Below, one piece after another: positions 18,650 through 27,819 of a stretch of DNA of 43,472 nt (its first letter is position 1; every line of letters starts with the position of its first letter). The DNA lies in the NCBI GenBank assembly GCA_964514505.1, contig CAZEQW010000001.1, forward strand, positions 1 through 43,472, in the 5' to 3' direction. Below the pieces are notes generated by a model, which saw only the letters and a program-made list of their open reading frames with translations, was not told where the DNA came from and did no database searches. The stretch comes from an uncultured Erysipelothrix sp. (GTDB lineage: Bacteria > Bacillota_I > Bacilli_A > Erysipelotrichales > Erysipelotrichaceae). A program made the translations under genes and the position numbers.

Positions 18650-20283
18650 TGGCTAAGATTTTAACGGGTGACTTATTTTTAAAAATGTTAAGCAGCGGTG
18701 CGAACAATCTTGCAAATCAACACCATGAAATTAATGCTTTAAACGTTTTTCCTGTGCCAGATGGTGATACAGGTACTAATATGAATTTAACTTTTACAAG
18801 TGGTCTAAATGCTTCTCAGCAGTTGGTATCATCGCATTTAGGAGAGATTACTAAGAAGTTATCACGTGGTTTATTAATGGGAGCACGTGGTAATTCAGGT
18901 GTAATTCTTTCGCAAATTTTCAGAGGATTTTCTCAATCTGTTGAAGGATTAAAAGAAGCAAATGTATTAGACTTAGCTAAAGCCTTTCAAAACAGTAAGG
19001 AAGTAGCTTATAAAGCAGTAATGCGTCCTGTTGAAGGAACAATATTAACAGTATTAAGAGAAAGCTCTCAAGTAGCTTATGATTGGGCAGTTGAACATGA
19101 GGATGCTACTATATTAGAATATTTTGATGTTTTATGTGAGGCAGCTAAGGTTTCATTAGATGGTACCCCTGAATTATTACCGGTTTTAAAAGAAGCTGGA
19201 GTAGTTGATAGTGGTGGTGCAGGCTATTTGGCCGTTTTAGAAGGTTTCAGAGCCGTTTGTGCTGGTAAGGCTATAGATGCTCAAACACAATCAGAGACAA
19301 CGTACACTTCAGCTGGAGCCGATATGGAACATGATGAGTTTGGATATTGTACTGAGTTTATTATTCAACTAGATCCTTCTCTTAAGAAGTACGACGAGAA
19401 CGAATTTAGACAAGATCTTGAAAACTTAGGTAATTCTTTAGTTGTAGTTACAGATGAGGACTTAGTAAAAGTTCACGTTCATACATTGAAGCCAGGTAAT
19501 GCATTAAACTTAGGTCAGCGCTACGGAGAGTTCTTGAAACTTAAAATTGAAAACATGAGTGAACAACACCATACAATTATGGAATCTGATACCGCTCATG
19601 CATTAAAGACTCAGCAAAAGAAACACGAGAAATATGCGATCGTATCTGTTGCTACAGGTTCTGGTATTGTAAATCTATTTAAAGAGTTACGTGCTCAGTA
19701 TATTATCAGTGGGGGACAAACAATGAACCCATCTACAGAAGACTTCGTAGCATTGATTGAGTCAATCAATGCAGATCACGTCTTTATTCTACCTAATAAC
19801 TCAAACATTATTTTAGCCGCTAATCAGGCTAAGGCTCTATTAGAAGATAGAGATGTACATGTTTTAGAAACGAAAACTATTCCTCAGGGGTTATCAGCAT
19901 GTATTATGTTTAATCCAGAAGTGGATGTTGAGGAAAATATTGCTGAAATGATGGATGCAGTAAAGAATACAAGAACTGCTCAAGTTACGTATGCAATTAA
20001 AGATACTGTATTTGAAAATTTAGAAATTAAAGAGAATGATACGATGGGTATTTTAGAAGGTGACATTATTGTTGCTAATGCTGATCGTAAATATGTTGTT
20101 GAGTCTTTACTTAATGAATTAATTACTGAAGACACTGAGATAGTTACAGTATTAGCCGGTGAAGATGTTAATGATGATGAGTTTAAAGAAGTTGAAGATT
20201 TCATTAATAATACCTTTGATATTGAAGTGGAATGTCATCGTGGTGAGCAGCCCGTTTATTCCTTTATTTTTGGAGCTGAATAA
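18649..20283 (+). CDS. fakA: Fatty acid kinase ATP-binding subunit FakA (DAK2 domain, YloV)
   Basis: LNVFPVPDGDTGTNM, GARGNSGVILSQ, VDSGG, YCTEF, KVHVHT, GGQTMNPS. Confidence 0.93.
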   Translation: MAKILTGDLFLKMLSSGANNLANQHHEINALNVFPVPDGDTGTNMNLTFTSGLNASQQLVSSHLGEITKKLSRGLLMGARGNSGVILSQIFRGFSQSVEGLKEANVLDLAKAFQNSKEVAYKAVMRPVEGTILTVLRESSQVAYDWAVEHEDATILEYFDVLCEAAKVSLDGTPELLPVLKEAGVVDSGGAGYLAVLEGFRAVCAGKAIDAQTQSETTYTSAGADMEHDEFGYCTEFIIQLDPSLKKYDENEFRQDLENLGNSLVVVTDEDLVKVHVHTLKPGNALNLGQRYGEFLKLKIENMSEQHHTIMESDTAHALKTQQKKHEKYAIVSVATGSGIVNLFKELRAQYIISGGQTMNPSTEDFVALIESINADHVFILPNNSNIILAANQAKALLEDRDVHVLETKTIPQGLSACIMFNPEVDVEENIAEMMDAVKNTRTAQVTYAIKDTVFENLEIKENDTMGILEGDIIVANADRKYVVESLLNELITEDTEIVTVLAGEDVNDDEFKEVEDFINNTFDIEVECHRGEQPVYSFIFGAE

Positions 20284-20306
20284 AAGGGCGTTTGCCCTTT
20301 TTCTTT
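20282..20306 (+). terminator. Intrinsic terminator after fakA
   Basis: AAAAGGGC-gttt-GCCCTTTT followed by TCTTT. Confidence 0.8.
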
Positions 20307-20312
20307 ATATCT

Positions 20313-22262
20313 ATGATAAAAATAACACCAAAGCAAAGAGAAACTATCAATAAACTTGGCTATAGTGATACTACTGAGTTTCTAACGCACTATCCAACGC
20401 GTTATGAAACACTATATCCTAAGCCTGTAAAAGAGTGGCAAGTGGGGGAAATGGTTATTTTCTATGGACCCATGGCTACTCCTTTTAAGACTGCTTACTA
20501 TAATAGACGTTCTCGTACTAGTTTTAGCGTAAACTATAATGATTCAATCATTAATGCTGTTTTATTTAACCAACCTTATTATAAGACTCAAAACTATAAT
20601 GATCATATTGTGGTTATTGGTACACTACAAGATAATGGAAGTGTTGTGGTACGTAATATATCAAATCAAAGTATCGAACTAATGAGTGGAATTCAACCAG
20701 TATATTCGACAAGAGCTGAAATATCACAAAAGATGATACGTACTATTATGAAGAAGACATTAGAGAACACTCCAATAAGTAACATTGTTCCTGAAAAATA
20801 TATATCTGAGTATAAACTAATGAATAGAAGTGAAGCATTACATTCTATTCATTTTCCTAAGAATATGCAGGATTTAAATGCTGCAGTTCGAACTTTAAAG
20901 TACGAAGAATTTTTATTATATCATGTATATAACGCATTAAATGCTAAAGACTTAAGTTTTGGTATTAATAGGGATGTATCAAATGTAGATAAGTATTTAG
21001 AGGTGCTACCCTTTGATTTAACACAAGACCAAAGTACCGTTTTAGATGAAATATTAGTGGATTTTAATACGCCTAAGCAAACTAATCGCTTAATACAGGG
21101 GGATGTAGGTAGTGGTAAGACTATTGTTGCTATTTTAGCAGCGTTGGCAATGATAGATAAGTCATATCAGGTTGCTTTTATGGTGCCAACAGATATTCTA
21201 GTACACCAACATGCTAATGTAGTTAGAACATTGTTTCCAAAGGTTAAACTAGCTGTAATAACATCTGAGAGCGAGAATAAAACCGAAATTATTAAGGGTT
21301 TAAAGAATGGCTCATTTGATTTTGTGATTGCTACGCATGCACTAATACAGGATTATGTAGAATTCATGAATCTTGGTTTGGTTATTATTGATGAGCAACA
21401 TCGATTTGGAGTTGACCAAAGGCAGGCGCTGATTGAAAAAGGAGATCGAGTAGATGTATTGATGTTAAGTGCTACGCCAATACCAAGGTCTTTAGCTGCT
21501 TCTCTATATTTTGACGTGGATATATCTGAAATAAAAGGTTATCCATCGCATCGCAAAGAAACTAAAACCTACTATATAAAAGAAAACTCTATGCGATCTA
21601 TCATGGATGCTCTTTATCAGCGTTTGGATGCTGGTGATCAAGTATATATCGTATGTGCTGCAATAAGTGAGGGAGAGCGAACTGGAGTTCGCAATGTTTA
21701 TGCCATCTACGAACAGGCTAACCTTTTATTTTCAAAGTATGGAGTTGGTATGGTTCATGGACAAATGGATCAAGATAGCAGAAATAACATTATGGATAGT
21801 TTTAGTAAGGGTAACACTAAAGTATTAGTATGTACAACAATTATTGAAGTCGGTGTTGATATTCATAATGCTAATACAATGGTAATCTATAATGCAGAAA
21901 TGTTTGGTATCGCAACTTTACACCAGTTACGTGGAAGGATTGGCCGTGGCGATGTTGGGGGAGTTTGCTATTTACTATCAAGTAATGAGAATGAAGATAC
22001 AATAACACGTCTTGAAGTTCTTACATCAACGACAGATGGATTTAAGTTATCTTTACATGATTTAAGACAAAGGGGAATGGGCGATATTCTTGGAAAACGT
22101 CAGTCAGGTTTACCTCATTTTCTTTTAGGTAATATTGAAGATGATCAAAAAATTGTTGATGTAGCAAAGAAAGATGCTAAGTATATAATTGAGAATAGTG
22201 ATAACGCCGATTTTAAGGTAATTGTCAATATTTCTAAACAGAAAAGTTTGGGTTATAATTAA
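20313..22262 (+). CDS. recG: ATP-dependent DNA helicase RecG
   Basis: HYPTRYE, LKYEEF, QGDVGSGKT, DEQHRFGV, SATPIPR, IEVGVD, QLRGRIGRG, TRG-like DLRQRGMGDILG.RQSG. ATG 20313 preferred to the track TTG at 20292, which lies inside the terminator. Confidence 0.94.
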   Translation: MIKITPKQRETINKLGYSDTTEFLTHYPTRYETLYPKPVKEWQVGEMVIFYGPMATPFKTAYYNRRSRTSFSVNYNDSIINAVLFNQPYYKTQNYNDHIVVIGTLQDNGSVVVRNISNQSIELMSGIQPVYSTRAEISQKMIRTIMKKTLENTPISNIVPEKYISEYKLMNRSEALHSIHFPKNMQDLNAAVRTLKYEEFLLYHVYNALNAKDLSFGINRDVSNVDKYLEVLPFDLTQDQSTVLDEILVDFNTPKQTNRLIQGDVGSGKTIVAILAALAMIDKSYQVAFMVPTDILVHQHANVVRTLFPKVKLAVITSESENKTEIIKGLKNGSFDFVIATHALIQDYVEFMNLGLVIIDEQHRFGVDQRQALIEKGDRVDVLMLSATPIPRSLAASLYFDVDISEIKGYPSHRKETKTYYIKENSMRSIMDALYQRLDAGDQVYIVCAAISEGERTGVRNVYAIYEQANLLFSKYGVGMVHGQMDQDSRNNIMDSFSKGNTKVLVCTTIIEVGVDIHNANTMVIYNAEMFGIATLHQLRGRIGRGDVGGVCYLLSSNENEDTITRLEVLTSTTDGFKLSLHDLRQRGMGDILGKRQSGLPHFLLGNIEDDQKIVDVAKKDAKYIIENSDNADFKVIVNISKQKSLGYN

Positions 22263-22276
22263 TATAGGTGATAACT

Positions 22277-22957
22277 ATGAATCTTAAGGATTTTTTAAAA
22301 AATATTGGAATAGCTGTTAATGATTTTCGTTTGATTGAGAATTCTTTTGTGCATGCTTCATATGCAAATGAGAATGATAATTTCGAAGAAAATAATGAGC
22401 GTTTGGAGTTCATGGGCGATGCAGTACTTCAAATTCTCGTGTCTGAGTATTTATTTAATAATGAAACGTATCTTAATGAAGGAGACATGACTCTATATCG
22501 TGCTAAATTAGTACGCGAGGAAGCGCTAGCTACATATTCAAAAGAGATGGGATTAAATAAGTATCTTTTACTAGGTAGTGGTGAAGAGCGTACTGGCGGT
22601 CGTAATAGAGATTCTATTGTTGCTGACTTATTTGAGGCGTTTTTAGGAGCAGTATATCTTGATTCTGGTTTAGATAATGCTCGTAAAATAGTTTTGAGTG
22701 TTCTTCCTAAGACGTTGAGTGAAGTAGATGTTGATTCGATTACAGATTATAAAACAAAACTGCAAGAGTTTGTGCAATCTGATCGAAGAGAGAACGTTAG
22801 TTATGAAGTTGTTAAGGTAACAGGTCCATCTAATGCGCCTTTGTTTGAGGTTGTTGTAAAATTAAATGAGCTTAACTTTGGACGTGGTTTTGGAACTAGT
22901 AAAAAACGCGCCGAGCAAAAAGCTGCTAAAGACGCATTTGAGAAATTAGTTAAGTAG
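22277..22957 (+). CDS. rnc: Ribonuclease III
   Basis: Signature NERLEFMGDAVL, ADLFEAFLGA, dsRBD DYKTKLQE...GTSKKRAEQKAA; AGGTGA SD before ATG 22277. Confidence 0.97.
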   Translation: MNLKDFLKNIGIAVNDFRLIENSFVHASYANENDNFEENNERLEFMGDAVLQILVSEYLFNNETYLNEGDMTLYRAKLVREEALATYSKEMGLNKYLLLGSGEERTGGRNRDSIVADLFEAFLGAVYLDSGLDNARKIVLSVLPKTLSEVDVDSITDYKTKLQEFVQSDRRENVSYEVVKVTGPSNAPLFEVVVKLNELNFGRGFGTSKKRAEQKAAKDAFEKLVK

Positions 22958-22970
22958 GTGAGGTTAAAGT

Positions 22971-25900
22971 ATGAATGATATATTAAGTAAGATAGGTCTT
23001 AGTAATGACTATAGAATATTTTTAGAGTCTGCAAGTATAACTAAGTTAGAATACTATGAATCAATTCAAATCCTTAAAATGGAAATGGAGGTAGACAAAG
23101 TTCTACCTTTTGAGGTTTATGAGAAGTTTATACATCTACTTAAGATAAATACTAAAGCAGATGTTGACCTTATCATTGTAGCTCGTGAGAATGCTGTTGA
23201 ATTTCCTGATTTAATGAAGTACTATGATTTCTTTTCACAAACTAAAGGTCTAGGTGGACTTTTAAAGACGACTCTAAATCATGTTGAATCTAATATTGAA
23301 GTACTACTAATTGATGAGAAGTTATTTGATTCTATTGATGTAGAGCTTAGTAGAATGGAAGTATATCTTAAGTCCGTGGGTATTATATTTGAGTATACTG
23401 TCGCAAAGGCTGGTGAGACCTTTGATGTTACGATTACTAAAGAGGCTGCTACACCAGTTCATATCGAACCTGAACGTCAGCCAGAAAAGTTCACTAAACG
23501 TCATATTAAGTATAGTAATTATGCAAATGTTAAACTAGTTAATCTAAACGAAGAAGCTCGTAATATTGCGGTTGAAGGCGAGATTTTTGATGTTGATGTT
23601 CGTGAAATGCGAAATGGTGGTTTTGTTGTAAGTTATTATTTGAGAGATGAGGGTGGTGCCATCGTTGTTACCAACTTCTATGATAAAGAGTCTGACATTT
23701 TAAAGAAGGGTACGTTTGTATGCTTTTATGGTGATTACATCTTCGAAAGTAGACCTTTTGTTAATGACTATATCTTTAAACCTAAGCGCTTTGAGATAAT
23801 TAAGCCAATGTTTATTCGTGAAGACACATCAAATGAGAAGCGTGTTGAGTTTCACTTACATACTAAGATTTCAGAGATGGATGGAGTTACTGACATTAAG
23901 GAATATTTGTCTCAAGCTTTTGATTGGAAACACCCTGGTCTAGTCATTACTGATCATGAAGGGGTTCAATCGTTCCCTAAGGCCTATAATCATCTTAAGA
24001 AATTAAGAAAAAATAATCCTGATCATGATTTTAAACTGGCATATGGTGTTGAAATGAACATTGCGCATAAGGACTTGTGTATTGTCACTAACCCTAAATC
24101 TCAATCGATTCAAACAGCTGATTATGTTGTATTTGATATTGAGACAACTGGTTTATCAGCTTATTATGACCATATTATAGAATTTGGTGCCGTTAAGATT
24201 TCTAATGGTCAAACGGTAGACTCGATGCAGTTGTTTATCAAACCTCCAGTTAGTATCCCACCTAATATCACAAATCTTACAGGTATTAGTGATAATGATG
24301 TTAGGTTTGCTGAAACTATTGAGAATTCTATTGACTCCATTTTGGAGTTTATTGGTGATGCAGTCTTGGTTGCGCATAATGCATCTTTCGATATAGATTT
24401 TATGCAAGAAATACTTCGTAAACTAGGTAGAGATCCTTTAGATAATACATATATAGATACCCTGGATTTGTCAAGAGCTCTGTTTCAAAATCGTCGCTCT
24501 TATCGATTGGGTAATATAGCTAGAATGATGAAGATTACATACGATGACGATATTGCTCACCGTGCTGACTATGATGCTGAAGTTTTGTCGAATGTTTTCT
24601 TTCAAATGAAACGTTTACCTGAACTTGTTGCTTTAGAAACTGTTGATGATCTATGTAAGTTAGGTGAAAACATTGGTTTTGAACGAGGTCGAAAAAGCCA
24701 CCTATCAGTTATAGCCAAGAATCAAGCGGGTTTAAAGTCTTTATATGAACTTGTATCGTTATCTTACACTAAGTATCTGGCAACAATTGGTAATACTAGT
24801 AAGAGTAATGAAGTTTTAGCTGAACCTAGAATGATTAAAAGTGAGATTGATAAACGTCGTGATAATCTATTAGTTGGTGCTGGTTGTATTAACTCAGATG
24901 TTTTTGAGATAGCTATGAATAAAGCACAATCTGATTTGGATAAGGCAGTTGCTTACTATGATTTTGTTGAGATTATGCCCTTGTCTAATTATCAACCTCT
25001 AATTGATCGTAATGTAGTTGATGGTGAGGATGGTATTATTCGCGTTATAAAACGAATAATTGAAACCGCAAAGCGATTAGGAGTATTGATAATTGCTACA
25101 GGTGATGTACATTATAATCATCCTAACGATAAAGTAATTCGTGATATATATATTCATTCACAAGGTATTGGTGGAACACGTCATCCATTATATACATTTA
25201 ATGCTGCGCGTCGCCTCAGTACACAAGCTCCAGACCAACACTTTAGAACCACCACGGAAATGCTGGATTCTTTTGATTATCTAGATAAAAATGATGTATA
25301 TGAGTATGTTGTTAAAAATACTGTAGATTTACTGGCATCTATTGATGATGTTATTCCTGTTAAAGAGGACCTGTATACGCCACAATTAGAAAATAGTGAT
25401 TCTCTGTTAACTGATTTAGTTTATGAAAATGCCCATAAGATATATGGTAAACCTTTACCTGATATTGTTGAGAATCGTATTGATGTTGAACTTAAATCAA
25501 TCTTAGGTCATGGTTTTGGAGTTATCTATTATATATCTCATCTACTAGTTAAGAAGTCATTAGATGATGGATATTTAGTTGGTTCAAGGGGTTCTGTTGG
25601 ATCTTCTTTAGTTGCTACTATGGCAGAGATAACCGAAGTTAACCCCTTAATGCCTCATCATATTTGTCCTAAATGTCACAATGTTGAGTTTTATGATGAT
25701 GGTAAGTACAGTTCTGGTTTTGATTTGCCAAGTAAGCAATGTCCAAAATGTGAAACTACTATGATTGGTGAGGGCCATGATATTCCATTTGAAACCTTCT
25801 TGGGATTTGAGGGGGATAAGGTTCCCGATATTGATCTTAACTTCTCAGGTATTTATCAAGATAAAGCTCATGCTCATACTAAAGAGATGTTTGGTGAAGA

Positions 25901-27278
25901 TTATGTTTATCGTGCTGGTACGATATCTACAGTTGCTCAAAAGACTGCTTTTGGATATGTTAAGGGATATTTCGAGAGCATGAATATTGATAATCAATCT
26001 AAGGGCTGGCAGTCTTATTTAGCTTATGGAGCCGAAGGTGTTAAACGAACAACAGGACAACACCCTGGTGGTATCATAGTTGTTCCTAACAATATGGATG
26101 TTCATGACTTTACACCTGTTCAATATCCAGCGAATAATAAGAACTCTAAGTGGTTAACAACGCACTTTGAGTTCCATGATATTGATAGTAATGTTTTGAA
26201 ATTAGATATATTGGGTCATGTGGATCCTACAGCGATGAAGATGTTAGAAAAAGTATCTGGTATTGATATCAATACCGTTCCAATTAATGACCCGCAAACT
26301 ATTTCGTTATTTGCTAGCTCTGAAGCGTTAGCAGCAGATCCTCGTATTTATAATGAGAAAACTGGAGCACTTGGTATACCTGAGTTTGGTACCGGGTTTG
26401 TTAGAAAGATGTTAGAAGCAACGCGACCAGATAATTTCTCTGACTTAGTTCGAATATCGGGATTATCACATGGTACTGATGTTTGGCGTAATAATGCCGA
26501 GGAATTGATTAAAGAAGGATTAACACTTAAAGACGTTATTGGTTGTCGTGATGATATCATGGTAACTTTAATGCATCATGGTTTAGAACCTAAGATGTCA
26601 TTTGACATTATGGAGTCAGTTCGTCGTGGTCGTGGTTTAACTCCAGAGTGGGAGTTGGCCATGAAAGAGAATAAATTGCCAAGTTGGTATATTGATTCTT
26701 GTAAGAAAATTAAATATATGTTCCCAAAGGCACATGCTGTTGCATATGTAATGATGGCCATGCGCGTTGCTTGGTTTAAGGTTCATAGTCCACTTGCGTA
26801 TTATGCTGTTTACTTTACCTTACGAGTTGATGCTTATGAAATTGAAACAATGACAAGTAATGTTAGTGTTGTAACTAATAGACTACAATCTATTACTTCC
26901 AGGTTAGCAAGTAGAGACACTATGTTTGATGTTTCAAACAAAGAAAAAAACTTGGTTGATACATTGGAAGTTACATTGGAAATGTTAGCTCGTGGTTATG
27001 AAATATCACCAATTGACTTGATGTACTCAGATGCCACTGAGTTTATAATTGATCCTCGCAAAGATAATGCTATTATTCCGCCATTTAATGTAATTGATGG
27101 ATTAGGGGATAGTGTGGCAGCTTCAATTGTAGCTGCCCGAAATGAACGTGAAGTTATCTCTAAGCATGATCTAATTAGTAGATCCGCTGTGAGTAGTTCT
27201 CTGATTAAGAAGTTAGATGAGTTAGGGGTTACCAAGCATCTTCCCGAGTCAAATCAAATGTCTTTGTTTGATTTGTAA
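22971..27278 (+). CDS. polC: DNA polymerase III PolC
   Basis: PHP HLHT/ITDH, DEDDh exonuclease (FDIETTG, AHNASFD, HRADYD), GSRGSVGSS, two CPKC zinc-finger pairs, PDIDLNF, KIKYMFPKAHA, C-terminal clamp motif QMSLF; no intein-sized insert. Confidence 0.98.
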   Translation: MNDILSKIGLSNDYRIFLESASITKLEYYESIQILKMEMEVDKVLPFEVYEKFIHLLKINTKADVDLIIVARENAVEFPDLMKYYDFFSQTKGLGGLLKTTLNHVESNIEVLLIDEKLFDSIDVELSRMEVYLKSVGIIFEYTVAKAGETFDVTITKEAATPVHIEPERQPEKFTKRHIKYSNYANVKLVNLNEEARNIAVEGEIFDVDVREMRNGGFVVSYYLRDEGGAIVVTNFYDKESDILKKGTFVCFYGDYIFESRPFVNDYIFKPKRFEIIKPMFIREDTSNEKRVEFHLHTKISEMDGVTDIKEYLSQAFDWKHPGLVITDHEGVQSFPKAYNHLKKLRKNNPDHDFKLAYGVEMNIAHKDLCIVTNPKSQSIQTADYVVFDIETTGLSAYYDHIIEFGAVKISNGQTVDSMQLFIKPPVSIPPNITNLTGISDNDVRFAETIENSIDSILEFIGDAVLVAHNASFDIDFMQEILRKLGRDPLDNTYIDTLDLSRALFQNRRSYRLGNIARMMKITYDDDIAHRADYDAEVLSNVFFQMKRLPELVALETVDDLCKLGENIGFERGRKSHLSVIAKNQAGLKSLYELVSLSYTKYLATIGNTSKSNEVLAEPRMIKSEIDKRRDNLLVGAGCINSDVFEIAMNKAQSDLDKAVAYYDFVEIMPLSNYQPLIDRNVVDGEDGIIRVIKRIIETAKRLGVLIIATGDVHYNHPNDKVIRDIYIHSQGIGGTRHPLYTFNAARRLSTQAPDQHFRTTTEMLDSFDYLDKNDVYEYVVKNTVDLLASIDDVIPVKEDLYTPQLENSDSLLTDLVYENAHKIYGKPLPDIVENRIDVELKSILGHGFGVIYYISHLLVKKSLDDGYLVGSRGSVGSSLVATMAEITEVNPLMPHHICPKCHNVEFYDDGKYSSGFDLPSKQCPKCETTMIGEGHDIPFETFLGFEGDKVPDIDLNFSGIYQDKAHAHTKEMFGEDYVYRAGTISTVAQKTAFGYVKGYFESMNIDNQSKGWQSYLAYGAEGVKRTTGQHPGGIIVVPNNMDVHDFTPVQYPANNKNSKWLTTHFEFHDIDSNVLKLDILGHVDPTAMKMLEKVSGIDINTVPINDPQTISLFASSEALAADPRIYNEKTGALGIPEFGTGFVRKMLEATRPDNFSDLVRISGLSHGTDVWRNNAEELIKEGLTLKDVIGCRDDIMVTLMHHGLEPKMSFDIMESVRRGRGLTPEWELAMKENKLPSWYIDSCKKIKYMFPKAHAVAYVMMAMRVAWFKVHSPLAYYAVYFTLRVDAYEIETMTSNVSVVTNRLQSITSRLASRDTMFDVSNKEKNLVDTLEVTLEMLARGYEISPIDLMYSDATEFIIDPRKDNAIIPPFNVIDGLGDSVAASIVAARNEREVISKHDLISRSAVSSSLIKKLDELGVTKHLPESNQMSLFDL

Positions 27279-27283
27279 AATAC

Positions 27284-27312
27284 TTGATTTTAGCATACGT
27301 TAGTCGTATAAT
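27284..27312 (+). promoter_or_regulatory. Sigma-A promoter of the rimP-nusA-infB operon
   Basis: TTGATT-17 nt-TATAAT. Confidence 0.8.
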
Positions 27313-27331
27313 ACTTATAGATAACAACAAG

Positions 27332-27361
27332 GAAGGAGTGGTCGATGCCACTCTTTCGTTT
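27332..27361 (+). promoter_or_regulatory. rimP leader hairpin (attenuator-like terminator)
   Basis: GAAGGAGTGG-tcgatg-CCACTCTTTC-GTTT between promoter and rimP; resembles the GAGTGG/CCACTC hairpin conserved upstream of Firmicute rimP. Confidence 0.7.
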
Positions 27362-27375
27362 ATGTGAGGGAGTAT

Positions 27376-27810
27376 ATGAAGGAATATTTAAGTAAATTTG
27401 AACCCATAGCTAAAGAAATGGGATTAGAAATTGTAAGTTATAACATCGTTAGTTCTGACATTATGGAATTATCTGTTGGATTGATAGGAAGCTTTGATTC
27501 ACCGGATCTAGAAACGCTTTCAAAAGCAGCTTCAATGTTTGCTGAGAGTATCGATTATGAGATCGGGCTGGATGTAAGTTCTCCTGGTGCAGAAAGAGAA
27601 ATTAGTCCTGATGATTACGAGGCTAATATTGGTAAATATATATATGTAGGCTTCAAAAACCCTGCAAAGGGTATGGATGAGGTTGAAGGTGAGTTAGAAG
27701 AGGTTGATGACACTTTTGTAAGTGTTCGATACCGGGTTAAACATACGTCTAAAGTAGTGCAAGTGGAAAGGGACAATATAAAACTGCTTCGTATTGCAGT
27801 TAAGGTTTAG
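27376..27810 (+). CDS. rimP: Ribosome maturation factor RimP
   Basis: LDVSSPGAER motif; first gene before nusA; SD GAGGGAG before ATG 27376. Confidence 0.9.
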   Translation: MKEYLSKFEPIAKEMGLEIVSYNIVSSDIMELSVGLIGSFDSPDLETLSKAASMFAESIDYEIGLDVSSPGAEREISPDDYEANIGKYIYVGFKNPAKGMDEVEGELEEVDDTFVSVRYRVKHTSKVVQVERDNIKLLRIAVKV

Positions 27811-27819
27811 GAGAAGAAA

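Noticed and set aside
20292-20312. Track starts that extend ORFs upstream (recG 20292; also truB 32239, yqhY 34050, xerD 41728)
   Set aside because: These extensions run through terminators, promoters or the upstream gene. Downstream starts fit homologue N-termini better and, except for recG, have better SD spacing.
22971-27278. Possible intein or intron in polC (and dnaE)
   Set aside because: Lengths are normal, only short loop insertions are present, and I saw no splice-junction or homing-endonuclease motifs.
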